Shown one piece after another: positions 1 through 12,200 of a DNA stretch of 64,000 nucleotides. The stretch comes from Eledone cirrhosa (lineage: Eukaryota). Location of the stretch: NCBI GenBank assembly GCA_964016885.1, contig OZ024746.1, forward strand, positions 59,458,001 through 59,522,000. Direction: 5' to 3'. Both the position numbers and the translations under genes were made by a program. Below the pieces are notes generated by a model. It had not been told where the DNA came from. It searched no databases and saw nothing but the letters and a program-made list of their open reading frames with translations. Positions within the stretch are counted from its first letter, which is position 1, and every line of letters begins with the position of its first letter.

Positions 1-1
1 C

Positions 2-3000
2 TGTATGTTCTGTAGTGTCTATGTTGGTAGTTGTGGTGTTGTTGGCTGTATGTTCTGTAGTGTGTATGTTAGTAGTTGTGGTGTTGTTGACTGTATGTTC
101 TGTAGTGTCTATGCTGGTAGTTGTGGTGTTGTTGACTGTATGTTCTGTAGTGTCTATGTTGGTAGTTGGGGTGTTGTTGACTGTATGTTCTGTAGTGCCT
201 ATGTTGGTAGTTGTAGTGTTGTTGACTGTATGCTCTATAGTGTCTATGTTGGTAGTTGTGGTGTTGTTGACTGTATGTTCTGTAGTGTCTATGTTGGTAG
301 TTGTACTGTTGTTGACTGTATGCTCTGTAGTGCCTATGTAAGTAGTTGTGGTGTTGTTGACTGTATGTTCTGTAGTGTCTATGTTGGTAGTTGTGGTGTT
401 GTTGACTGTATGTTCTGTAGTGTCTATGTGGGTAGTTGTGGTGTTGTTGACTGTATGTTCTGTAGTGTCTATGTTGGTAGTTGTGGTGTTGTTGACTGTA
501 TGTTCTGTAGTGTCTATGTTAGTAGTTGTGGTGTTGTTGACTGTATGTTCTGTAGTGTCTATGTTGGTAGTTGTGGTGTTGTTGACTGTATGGTCTGTAG
601 TGTCTATGTTGGTAGTTGTAGTGTTGTTGACTGTATGTTCTGTAGTGTCTATGTTGGTAGTTGTGGTGTTGTTGACTGTATGTTCTGTACTGTCTATGTT
701 GGTAGTTGTGGTGTTGTTGACTGTATGTTCTGTAGTGTCTATGTTGGTAGTTGTAGTGTTGTTGACTGTATGTTCTGTAGTGTCTATGTTGGTAGTTGTG
801 GTGTTGTTGACTGTATGTTCTGTAGTGTCTATGTTGGTAGTTGTGGTGTTGTTGACTGTATGTTCTGTAGTGTCTATGTTGGTAGTTGTGGTGTTGTTGG
901 CTGTATGTTCTGTAGTGTATATGTTAGTAGTTGTGGTGTTGTTGACTGTATGTTCTGTAGTGTCTATGTTGGTAGTTGTAGTGTTGTTGACTGTATGTTC
1001 TGTAGTGTGTATGTTAGTAGTTGTGGTGTTGTTGACTGTATGTTCTGTAGTGTCTATGTTGGTAGTTGTGGTGTTGTTGACTGTATGTTCTGTAGTGTCT
1101 ATGTTGGTAGTTGTACAGTTGTTGACTGTATGTTCTGTAGTGTCTATGTTAGTAGTTGTGGTGTTGTTGACTGTATGTTCTGTAGTGTCTATGTTGGTAG
1201 TTGTGGTGTTGTTGACTGTATGTTCTGTAGTTTCTATGTTGGTAGTTGTGGTGTTGTTGACTGTATGTTCTGTAGTGTCTATGTTGGTAGTTGTGGTGTT
1301 GTTGGCTGTATGTTCTGTAGTGTGTATGTTAGTAGTTGTGGTGTTGTTGACTGTATGTTCTGTAGTGTCTATGTTGGTAGTTGTGGTGGTGTTGACTGTA
1401 TGTTCTGTAGTGTCTATGTTAGTAATTGTGGTGTTGTTGACTGTATGTTCTGTAGTGTCTATGTTAGTAGTTGTACTGTTGTTGACTGTATGTTCTGTAG
1501 TTTCTATGTTGGTAGTTGTGGTGTTGTTGACTGTATGTTCTGTAGTGTCTATGTTAGTAATTGTGGTGTTGTTGACTGTATGTTCTGTAGTGTCTATGTT
1601 AGTAGTTGTGGTGTTGTTGACTGTATGTTCTGTAGTGTCTATGGTGGTAGTTGTGGTGTTGTTGACTGTATTTTCTATAGTGTCTATGTTAGTAGTTGTA
1701 CAGTTGTTGACTGTATGTTCTGTAGTATGTATGTTAGTAGTTGTGGTGTTGTTGACTGTATGTTCTGTAGTCTCTATGTTGGTAGTTGGGGTGTTGTTGA
1801 CTGTATGTTCTGTAGTGCCTATGTTGGTAGTTGTAGTGTTGTTGACTGTATGCTCTATAGTGTCTATGTTGGTAGTTGTGGTGTTGTTGACTGTATGTTC
1901 TGTAGTGTCTATGTTGGTAGTTGTGGTGTTGTTGGCTGTATGTTCTGTAGTGTGTATGTTAGTAGTTGTGGTGTTGTTGAATGTATGTTCTGTAGTGTCT
2001 ATGCTGGTAGTTGTGGTGTTGTTGACTCTATGTTCTGTAGTGTCTATGTTAGTAGTTGTGGTGTTGTTGACTGTATGTTCTGTAGTGTCTATGTGGGTAG
2101 TTGTGGTGTTGTTGACTGTATGTTCTGTAGTGTCTATGTTGGTAGTTGTGGTGTTGTTGACTGTATGTTCTGTAGTGTCTATGTTAGTAGTTGTGGTGTT
2201 GTTGACTGTATGTTCTGTAGTGTCTATGTTGGTAGTTGTGGTGTTGTTGACTGTATGGTCTGTAGTGTCTATGTTGGTAGTTGTAGTGTTGTTGACTGTA
2301 TGTTCTGTAGTGTCTATGTTGGTAGTTGTGGTGTTGTTGACTGTATGTTCTGTACTGTCTATGTTGGTAGTTGTGGTGTTGTTGACTGTATGTTCTGTAG
2401 TGTCTATGTTGGTAGTTGTAGTGTTGTTGACTGTATGTTCTGTAGTGTCTATGTTGGTAGTTGTGGTGTTGTTGACTGTATGTTCTGTAGTGTCTATGTT
2501 GGTAGTTGTGGTGTTGTTGACTGTATGTTCTGTAGTGTCTATGTTGGTAGTTGTGGTGTTGTTGGCTGTATGTTCTGTAGTGTGTATGTTAGTAGTTGTG
2601 GTGTTGTTGACTGTATGTTCTGTAGTGTCTATGTTGGTAGTTGTAGTGTTGTTGACTGTATGTTCTGTAGTGTGTATGTTAGTAGTTGTGGTGTTGTTGA
2701 CTGTATGTTCTGTAGTGTCTATGTTGGTAGTTGTGGTGTTGTTGACTGTATGTTCTGTAGTGTCTATGTTGGTAGTTGTACAGTTGTTGACTGTATGTTC
2801 TGTAGTGTCTATGTTAGTAGTTGTGGTGTTGTTGACTGTATGTTCTGTAGTGTCTATGTTGGTAGTTGTGGTGTTGTTGACTGTATGTTCTGTAGTTTCT
2901 ATGTTGGTAGTTGTGGTGTTGTTGACTGTATGTTCTGTAGTGTCTATGTTGGTAGTTGTGGTGTTGTTGGCTGTATGTTCTGTAGTGTGTATGTTAGTAG

Positions 3001-6000
3001 TTGTGGTGTTGTTGACTGTATGTTCTGTAGTGTCTATGTTGGTAGTTGTGGTGTTGTTGACTGTATGTTCTGTAGTGTCTATGTTGGTAGTTGTGGTGTT
3101 GTTGACTGTATGTTCTATAGTGTCTATGTTAGTAGTTGTGGTGTTGTTGACTGTATGTTCTGTAGTGTCTATGTTGGTAGTTGTGGTGGTGTTGACTGTA
3201 TGTTCTGTAGTGTCTATGTTAGTAATTGTGGTGTTGTTGACTGTATGTTCTGTAGTGTCTATGTTAGTAGTTGTACTGTTGTTGACTGTATGTTCTGTAG
3301 TTTCTATGTTGGTAGTTGTGGTGTTGTTGACTGTATGTTCTGTAGTGTCTATGTTAGTAATTGTGGTGTTGTTGACTGTATGTTCTGTAGTGTCTATGTT
3401 GGTAGTTGTACAGTTGTTGACTGTATGTTCTGTAGTGTCTATGTTGGTAGTTGTGGTGTTGTTGACTGTATGTTCTGTAGTGTCTATGTTGGTAGTTGTG
3501 GTGTTGTTGACTGTATGTTCTGTAGTGTCTATGTTGGTAATTGTGGTGTTGTTGATTGTATGTTCTGTAGTGTCTATGTTGGTAGTTGTAGTGTTGTTGA
3601 CTGTATGTTCTGTAGTGTCTATGTTGGTAGTTGTGGTGTTGTTGACTGTATGTTCTATAGTGTCTATGTTGGTAGTTGTGGTGTTGTTGACTGTATGTTC
3701 TTTAGTGTCTATGTTGGTAGTTGTGGTGTTGTTGACTGTATGTTTTGTAGTGTCTATGTTAGTAGTTGTACTGTTGTTGACTGTATGTTCTGTAGTGTCT
3801 ATGTTGGTAGTTGTACTGTTGTTGACAGTATGTTCTGTAGTGTCTATGTTGGTAGTTGTACTGTTGTTGACTGTATGTTCTATAGTGTCTATGTTGGTAG
3901 TTGTACTGTTGTTGACTGTATGTTCTGTAGTGTCTATGTTGGTAGTTGTACTGTTGTTGACTGTATGTTCTGTAGTGTCTATGTTGGAAGTTGTGGTGTT
4001 GTTGACTGTATGTTCTGTAGTATCTATGTTGGTAGTTGTACTGTTGTTGACTGTATGTTCTGTAGTGTCTATGTTGGTAGTTGTACTGTTGTTGACTGTA
4101 TGTTCTGTAGTGTCTATGTTGGTAGTTGTACTGTTGTTGACTGTATGTTCTGTAGTGTCTATGATGGTAGTTGTGGTGTTGTTGACTGTATGTTCTGTAG
4201 TGTCTATGTTGGTAGTTGTGGTGTTGTTGACTGTATGTTCTGTAGTGTCTATGTTAGTAGTTGTGGTGTTGTTGACTGTATGTTCTGTAGTGTCTATGGT
4301 GGTAGTTGTGGTGTTGTTGACTGTATGTTCTATAGTGTCTATGTTAGTAGTTGTACAGTTGTTGACTGTATGTTCTGTAGTATGTATGTTAGTAGTTGTG
4401 GTGTTGTTGACTGTATGTTCTGTAGTGTCTATGTTGGTAGTTGTGGTGTTGTTGACTGTATGTTCTGTAGTGTCTATGTTGGTAGTTGTAGTGTTGTTGA
4501 CTGTATGTTCTGTAGTGTCTATGTTGGTAGTTGTGGTGTTGTTGACTGTATGTTCTGTAGTGTCTATGTTGGTAGTTGTGGTGTTGTTGGCTGTATGTTC
4601 TGTAGTGTGTATGTTAGTAGTTGTGGTGTTGTTGACTGTATGTTCTGTAGTGTCTATGCTGGTAGTTGTGGTGTTGTTGACTGTATGTTCTGTAGTGTCT
4701 ATGTTGGTAGTTGTGGTGTTGTTGACTCTATGTTCTGTAGTGTCTATGTTAGTAGTTGTGGTGTTGTTGACTGTATGTTCTGTAGTGTCTATGTTGGTAG
4801 TTGCGGTGTTGTTGACTGTATGTTCTGTAGTGTCTATGTTGGTAGTTGTAGTGTTGTTGACTGTATGTTCTGTAGTGTCTATGTTGGTAGTTGTGGTGTT
4901 GTTGACTGTATGTTCTGTAGTGTCTATGTTGGTAGTTGTGGTGTTGTTGACTGTATGTTCTATAGTGTCTATGTTGGTAATTGTGGTGTTGTTGAGTGTA
5001 TGTTCTGTAGTGTCTATGTTGGTAGTTGGGGTGTTGTTGACTGTATGTTCTGTAGTGCCTATGTTGGTAGTTGTAGTGTTGTTGACTGTATGCTCTATAG
5101 TGTCTATGTTGGTAGTTGTGGTGTTGTTGACTGTATGTTCTGTAGTGTCTATGTTGGTAGTTGTGGTGTTGTTGGCTGTATGTTCTGTAGTGTGTATGTT
5201 AGTAGTTGTGTTGTTGTTGACTGTATGTTCTGTAGTGTCTATGCTGGTAGTTGTGGTGTTGTTGACTCTATGTTCTGTAGTGTCTATGTTGGTAGTTGTG
5301 GTGTTGTTGACTGTATGTTCTGTAGTGTCTATGTTAGTAGTTGTGGTGTTGTTGACTGTATGTTCTGTAGTGTCTATGTTGGTAGTTGTGGTGTTGTTGA
5401 CTGTATGTTCTGTAGTGTCTATGTTGGTAGTTGTAGCGTTGTTGACTGTATGTTCTGTAGTGTCTATGTTGGTAGTTGTGGTGTTGTTGACTGTATGTTC
5501 TGTAGTGTCTATGTTGGTAGTTGTGGTGTTGTTGACTGTATTTTCTGTAGTGTCTATGTTGGTAATTGTGGTGTTGTTGAGTGTATGTTCTGTAGTGTCT
5601 ATGTTGGTAGTTGTAGTGTTGTTGACTGTATGTTCTGTAGTGTCTATGTTGGTAGTTGTGGTGTTGTTGACTGTATGTTCTATAGTGTCTATGTTGGTAG
5701 TTGTGGTGTGGTTGACTGTATGTTCTGTAGTGTCTATGTTGGTAGTTGTGGTGTTGTTGACTGTATGTTCTGTAGTGTCTATGTTGGTAGTTGTAGTGTT
5801 GTTGACTGTATGCTCTGTAGTGCCTATGTAAGTAGTTGTGGTGTTGTTGACTGTATGTTCTGTAGTGTCTATGTTGGTAGTTGTGGTGTTGTTGACTGTA
5901 TGTTCTGTAGTGTCTATGTTGGTAGTTGTGGTGTTGTTGACTGTATGTTCTGTAGTGTCTATGTTGGTAGTTGTATAGTTGTTGACTGTATGTTCTGTAG

Positions 6001-9000
6001 TGTCTATGTTAGTAGTTGTGGTGTTGTTGACTGTATGTTCTGTAGTGTCTATGGTGGTAGTTGTGGTGTTGTTGACTGTATGTTCTATAGTGTCTATGTT
6101 AGTAGTTGTACAGTTGTTGACTGTATGTTCTGTAGTATGTATGTTAGTAGTTGTGGTGTTGTTGACTGTATGTTCTGTAGTGTCTATGTTGGTAGTTGGG
6201 GTGTTGTTGACTGTATGTTCTGTAGTGCCTATGTTGGTAGTTGTAGTGTTGTTGACTGTATGCTCTATAGTGTCTATGTTGGTAGTTGTGGTGTTGTTGA
6301 CTGTATGTTCTGTAGTGTCTATGTTGGTAGTTGTAGTGTTGTTGACTGTATGCTCTGTAGTGCCTATGTAAGTAGTTGTGGTGTTGTTGACTGTATGTTC
6401 TGTAGTGTCTATGTTGGTAGTTGTGGTGTTGTTGACTGTATGTTCTGTAGTGTCTATGTGGGTAGTTGTGGTGTTGTTGACTGTATGTTCTGTAGTGTCT
6501 ATGTTGGTAGTTGTGGTGTTGTTGACTGTATGTTCTGTAGTGTCTATGTTAGTAGTTGTGGTGTTGTTGACTGTATGTTCTGTAGTGTCTATGTTGGTAG
6601 TTGTGGTGTTGTTGACTGTATGGTCTGTAGTGTCTATGTTGGTAGTTGTAGTGTTGTTGACTGTATGTTCTGTAGTGTCTATGTTGGTAGTTGTGGTGTT
6701 GTTGACTGTATGTTCTGTACTGTCTATGTTGGTAGTTGTGGTGTTGTTGACTGTATGTTCTGTAGTGTCTATGTTGGTAGTTGTAGTGTTGTTGACTGTA
6801 TGTTCTGTAGTGTCTATGTTGGTAGTTGTGGTGTTGTTGACTGTATGTTCTGTAGTGTCTATGTTGGTAGTTGTGGTGTTGTTGACTGTATGTTCTGTAG
6901 TGTCTATGTTGGTAGTTGTGGTGTTGTTGGCTGTATGTTCTGTAGTGTATATGTTAGTAGTTGTGGTGTTGTTGACTGTATGTTCTGTAGTGTCTATGTT
7001 GGTAGTTGTAGTGTTGTTGACTGTATGTTCTGTAGTGTGTATGTTAGTAGTTGTGGTGTTGTTGACTGTATGTTCTGTAGTGTCTATGTTGGTAGTTGTG
7101 GTGTTGTTGACTGTATGTTCTGTAGTGTCTATGTTGGTAGTTGTACAGTTGTTGACTGTATGTTCTGTAGTGTCTATGTTAGTAGTTGTGGTGTTGTTGA
7201 CTGTATGTTCTGTAGTGTCTATGTTGGTAGTTGTGGTGTTGTTGACTGTATGTTCTGTAGTTTCTATGTTGGTAGTTGTGGTGTTGTTGACTGTATGTTC
7301 TGTAGTGTCTATGTTGGTAGTTGTGGTGTTGTTGGCTGTATGTTCTGTAGTGTGTATGTTAGTAGTTGTGGTGTTGTTGACTGTATGTTCTGTAGTGTCT
7401 ATGTTGGTAGTTGTGGTGGTGTTGACTGTATGTTCTGTAGTGTCTATGTTAGTAATTGTGGTGTTGTTGACTGTATGTTCTGTAGTGTCTATGTTAGTAG
7501 TTGTACTGTTGTTGACTGTATGTTCTGTAGTTTCTATGTTGGTAGTTGTGGTGTTGTTGACTGTATGTTCTGTAGTGTCTATGTTAGTAATTGTGGTGTT
7601 GTTGACTGTATGTTCTGTAGTGTCTATGTTGGTAGTTGTACAGTTGTTGACTGTATGTTCTGTAGTGTCTATGTTGGTAGTTGTGGTGTTGTTGACTGTA
7701 TGTTCTGTAGTGTCTATGTTGGTAGTTGTGGTGTTGTTGACTGTATGTTCTGTAGTGTCTATGTTGGTAATTGTGGTGTTGTTGATTGTATGTTCTGTAG
7801 TGTCTATGTTGGTAGTTGTAGTGTTGTTGACTGTATGTTCTGTAGTGTCTATGTTGGTAGTTGTGGTGTTGTTGACTGTATGTTCTATAGTGTCTATGTT
7901 GGTAGTTGTGGTGTTGTTGACTGTATGTTCTTTAGTGTCTATGTTGGTAGTTGTGGTGTTGTTGACTGTATGTTTTGTAGTGTCTATGTTAGTAGTTGTA
8001 CTGTTGTTGACTGTATGTTCTGTAGTGTCTATGTTGGTAGTTGTACAGTTGTTGACAGTATGTTCTGTAGTGTCTATGTTGGTAGTTGTACTGTTGTTGA
8101 CTGTATGTTCTATAGTGTCTATGTTGGTAGTTGTACTGTTGTTGACTGTATGTTCTGTAGTGTCTATGTTGGTAGTTGTACTGTTGTTGACTGTATGTTC
8201 TGTAGTGTCTATGTTGGTAGTTGTGGTGTTGTTGACTGTATGTTCTGTAGTATCTATGTTGGTAGTTGTACTGTTGTTGACTGTATGTTCTGTAGTGTCT
8301 ATGTTGGTAGTTGTACTGTTGTTGACTGTATGTTCTGTAGTGTCTATGTTGGTAGTTGTACTGTTGTTGACTGTATGTTCTGTAGTGTCTATGATGGTAG
8401 TTGTGGTGTTGTTGACTGTATGTTCTGTAGTGTCTATGTTGGTAGATGTGGTGTTGTTGACTGTATGTTCTGTAGTGTCAATATTGGTAATTGTGGTGTT
8501 GTTGACTGTATGTTCTGTAGTGTCTATGTTGGTAGTTGTAATGTTGTTGACTGTAAGTTCTGTAGTGTCTATGTTGGTAGTTGTGGTGTTGTTGACTGTA
8601 TGTTCTATAGTGTCTATGTTGGTAGTTGTAGTGTTGTTGACTGTATGTTCTGTAGTGTCTATGTTGGTAGTTGTAGTGTTGTTGACTGTATGTTCTGTAG
8701 TGTCTATGTTGGTAGTTGTGGTGTTGTTGACTGTATGTTCTGTAGTGTCTATGTTGGTAGTTGTAGTGTTGTTGACTGTATGTTCTATAGTGTCTATGTT
8801 GGTAGTTGTGGTGTTGTTGACTGTATGTTCTGTAGTGTCAATGTTGGTAGTTGTGGTGTTGTTGACTGTATGTTCTGTAGTGTCTATGTTGGTAGTTGTA
8901 GTGTTGTTGACTGTATGTTCTATAGTGTCTATGTTGGTAGTTGTGGTGTTGTTGACTGTATGTTCTGTAGTGTCTATGTTGGTAGTTGTGGTGTTGTTGA

Positions 9001-9286
9001 CTGTATGTTCTGTAGTGTCTATGTTGGTAGTTCTGGTGTTGTTGACTGTGTGTTCTGTAGTGTCTATGTTGGTAGTTGTGGTGTTGTTGACTGTATGTTC
9101 TATTGTGTCTATGTTGGTAGTTGTGGTGTTATTGACTGTATGTTCTGTAGTATCTATGGTGGTAGTTGTAGTGTTGTTGACTGTATGTTCTGTAGTATCT
9201 ATGTTGGTAGTTGTAGTGTTGTTGACTGTATGTTCTGTAGTGTCTATGTTGGTAGTTGTAGTGTTGTTGACTATGTTCTGTAGTGT
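2..9286 (-). other. Stop-free, start-less minus-strand reading frame of about 3,095 codons encoding (VNNTTTTNIDTTEHT)n; mucin/PTS-like in composition, coding status unsupported
   Basis: This is the reverse complement of + ORF 5..9283. I saw no in-frame TTA/CTA/TCA on the + strand until CTA at 9287 and no indels before 9271. The frame has no ATG and runs off the left edge, which explains its absence from the ORF track. Openness is expected from the monomer alone. Confidence 0.15.
150..8450. repeat. Three related multi-monomer blocks within the indel-free zone (offsets 1665/1800, 4230 and 6030 bp = 37/40, 94 and 134 monomers)
   Basis: Rare variant ATGTGGGTAG occurs at 426, 2091 and 6456; TGGTCTG at 591, 2256 and 6621; TTGTGGTGGTGTTGAC at 1381, 3181 and 7411. 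TTTAGTG (3701/7931), GTTGACAGTA (3821/8051) and ATGATGG (4161/8391) recur at offset 4230. Confidence 0.85.
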
Positions 9287-12200
9287 CTATGTTGGTAGTT
9301 GTGGTGTTGTTGACTATATGTTCTGTAGTGTCTATGTTGGTAGTTGTACAGTTGTTGACTGTATGTTCTGTAGTGTCTATGTTGGTAGTTGTGGTGTTGT
9401 TGACTGTATGTTCTGTAGTATCTATGTTGGTAGTTGTAGTGTTGTTGAGTGTATGTTCTGTAGTATCTATGTTGGTAGTTGTAGTGTTGTTGACTGTATG
9501 TTCTGTAGTGTCTATGTTGGTAGTTGTAGTGTTGTTGACTTTGTTCTGTAGTGTCTATGTTGGTAGTTGTGGTGTTGTTGGCTGTATGTTCTGTAGTGTG
9601 TATGTTAGTAGTTGTGGTGTTGTTGACTGTATGTTCTGTAGTGTCTATGTTGGTAGTTGTGGTGTTGTTGACTGTATGTTCTGTAGTGTCTATGTTGGTA
9701 GTTGTGGTGTTGTTGACTGTATGTTCTGCAGTGTCTATGTTAGTAGTTGTGGTGTTGTTGACTGTATGTTATGTAGTGTCTATGTTGGTAGTTGTGGTGT
9801 TGTTGACTGTATGTTCTGTAGTGTCTATGTTGGTAGTTGTAGTGTTGTTGACTGTATGTTCTGTAGTGTCTATGTTGGTAGTTGTGGTGTTGTTGACTGT
9901 ATGTTCTGTAGTGTCTATGTTGGTAGTTGTGGTGTTGTTGACTGTATGTTCTGTAGTGTCTATGTTGGTAGTTGTGCTGTTGTTGGCTGTATGTTCTGTA
10001 GTGTGTATGTATGTAGTTGTGGTGTTGTTGACTGTATGTTCTGTAGTGTCTATGTTGGTAGTTGTGGTGTTGTTGACTGTATGTTCTGTAGTATCTATGT
10101 TGGTAGTTGTACTGTTATTGACTGTATGTTCTATAGTGTCTATGTTGGTAGTTGTAGTGTTGTTGACTGTATCATCTGTAGTGCCTATGTTAGTAGTTGT
10201 GGTGTTGTTGATTGTATGTTCTGTAGTGTCTATGGTGGTAGTTGTACTGTTCTTGACTGTATGTTCTGTAGTGCCTATGTTGGTAGTTGTAGTGTTGTTG
10301 ACTGTATGTTCTGTAGTGTCTATGTTTATAGTTGTACTGTTGTTGACTGTATGTTCTGTAGTGTCTATGGTGGTAGTTGTACTGTTGTTGACTGTATGTT
10401 CTGTAGTGCCTATGTTGGTAGTTGTAGTGTTGTTGACTGTATGTTCTGTAGTGTCTATGTTGGTAGTTGTAGTGTTGTTGACTGTATGTTCTGTAGTGTC
10501 TATGTTGGTAGTTGTAGTGTTGTTGACTGTATGTTCTGTAGTGTCTATGTTGGTAGTTGTGGTGTTGTTGACTGTATGTTCTGTAGTGTCTATGTTGGTA
10601 GTTGTAGTGTTGTTGACTGTATGTTCTATAGTGTCTATGTTGGTAGTTGTGGTGTTGTTGACTGTATGTTCTGTAGTGTCAATGTTGGTAGTTGTGGTGT
10701 TGTTGACTGTATGTTCTGTAGTGTCTATGTTGGTAGTTGTAGTGTTGTTGACTGTATGTTCTATAGTGTCTATGTTGGTAGTTGTGGTGTTGTTGGCAGT
10801 ATGTTCTGTAGTGTCTATGTTGGTAGTTGTGGTGTTGTTGACTGTATGTTCTGTAGTGTCTATGTTGGTAGTTGTGGTGTTGTTGACTGTGTGTTCTGTA
10901 GTGTCTATGTTGGTAGTTGTGGTGTTGTTGACTGTATGTTCTATAGTGTCTATGTTGGTAGTTGTGGTGTTGTTGACTGTATGTTCTGTAGTGTCTATGG
11001 TGGTAGTTGTAGTTTTGTTGACTGTATGTTCTGTAGTATCTATGTTGGTAGTTGTAGTGTTGACTTATGTTCTGTAGTGTCTATGTTGGTAGTTGTAGTG
11101 TTGTTGACTATGTTCTGTAGTGTCTATGTTGGTAGTTGTGGTGTTGTTGACTATATGTTCTGTAGTGTCTATGTTGGTAGTTGTGGTGTTGTTGACTGTA
11201 TGTTCTGTAGTGTCTATGTTGGTAGTTGTACTGTTGTTGACTGTATGTTCTGTAGTGTCTATGTTGGTAGTTGTGGTGTTGTTGACTGTATGTTCTGTAG
11301 TATCTATGTTGGTAGTTGTAGTGTTGTTGACTGTATGTTCTGTAGTATCTATGTTGGTAGTTGTAGTGTTGTTGACTGTATGTTCTGTAGTGTCAATGTT
11401 GGTAGTTGTGGTGTTGTTGACTGTATGTTCTGTAGTGTCTATGTTGGTAGTTGTAGTGTTGTTGACTGTATGTTCTATAGTGTCTATGTTGGTAGTTGTG
11501 GTGTTGTTGACTGTATGTTCTGTAGTGTCTATGTTGGTAGTTGTGGTGTTGTTGACTGTATGTTCTGTAGTGTCTATGTTGGTAGTTCTGGTGTTGTTGA
11601 CTGTGTGTTCTGTAGTGTCTATGTTGGTAGTTGTGGTGTTGTTGACTGTATGTTCTATTGTGTCTATGTTGGTAGTTGTGGTGTTATTGACTGTATGTTC
11701 TGTAGTATCTATGGTGGTAGTTGTAGTGTTGTTGACTGTATGTTCTGTAGTATCTATGTTGGTAGTTGTAGTGTTGTTGACTGTATGTTCTGTAGTGTCT
11801 ATGTTGGTAGTTGTAGTGTTGTTGACTATGTTCTGTAGTGTCTATGTTGGTAGTTGTGGTGTTGTTGACTATATGTTCTGTAGTGTCTATGTTGGTAGTT
11901 GTACAGTTGTTGACTGTATGTTCTGTAGTGTCTATGTTGGTAGTTGTGGTGTTGTTGACTGTATGTTCTGTAGTATCTATGTTGGTAGTTGTAGTGTTGT
12001 TGAGTGTATGTTCTGTAGTATCTATGTTGGTAGTTGTAGTGTTGTTGACTGTATGTTCTGTAGTGTCTATGTTGGTAGTTGTAGTGTTGTTGACTTTGTT
12101 CTGTAGTGTCTATGTTGGTAGTTGTGGTGTTGTTGGCTGTATGTTCTGTAGTGTGTATGTTAGTAGTTGTGGTGTTGTTGACTGTATGTTCTGTAGTGTC

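Noticed and set aside
87-92. TTGACT in nearly every monomer (sigma70 -35-like / WRKY W-box)
   Set aside because: It is a short motif inherent to the repeat, with no matching -10 element, downstream gene or host context to suggest function.
5-9283. 3092-aa Cys/Val-rich ORF (MFCSVYVGSCGVVDC)n and its continuations, superficially metallothionein- or CxxC-like
   Set aside because: It is a pure translation of the monomer with no unique termini. The commonest variants are non-synonymous in this frame, it is broken by dozens of frameshifts downstream, and an overlapping frame is equally open.
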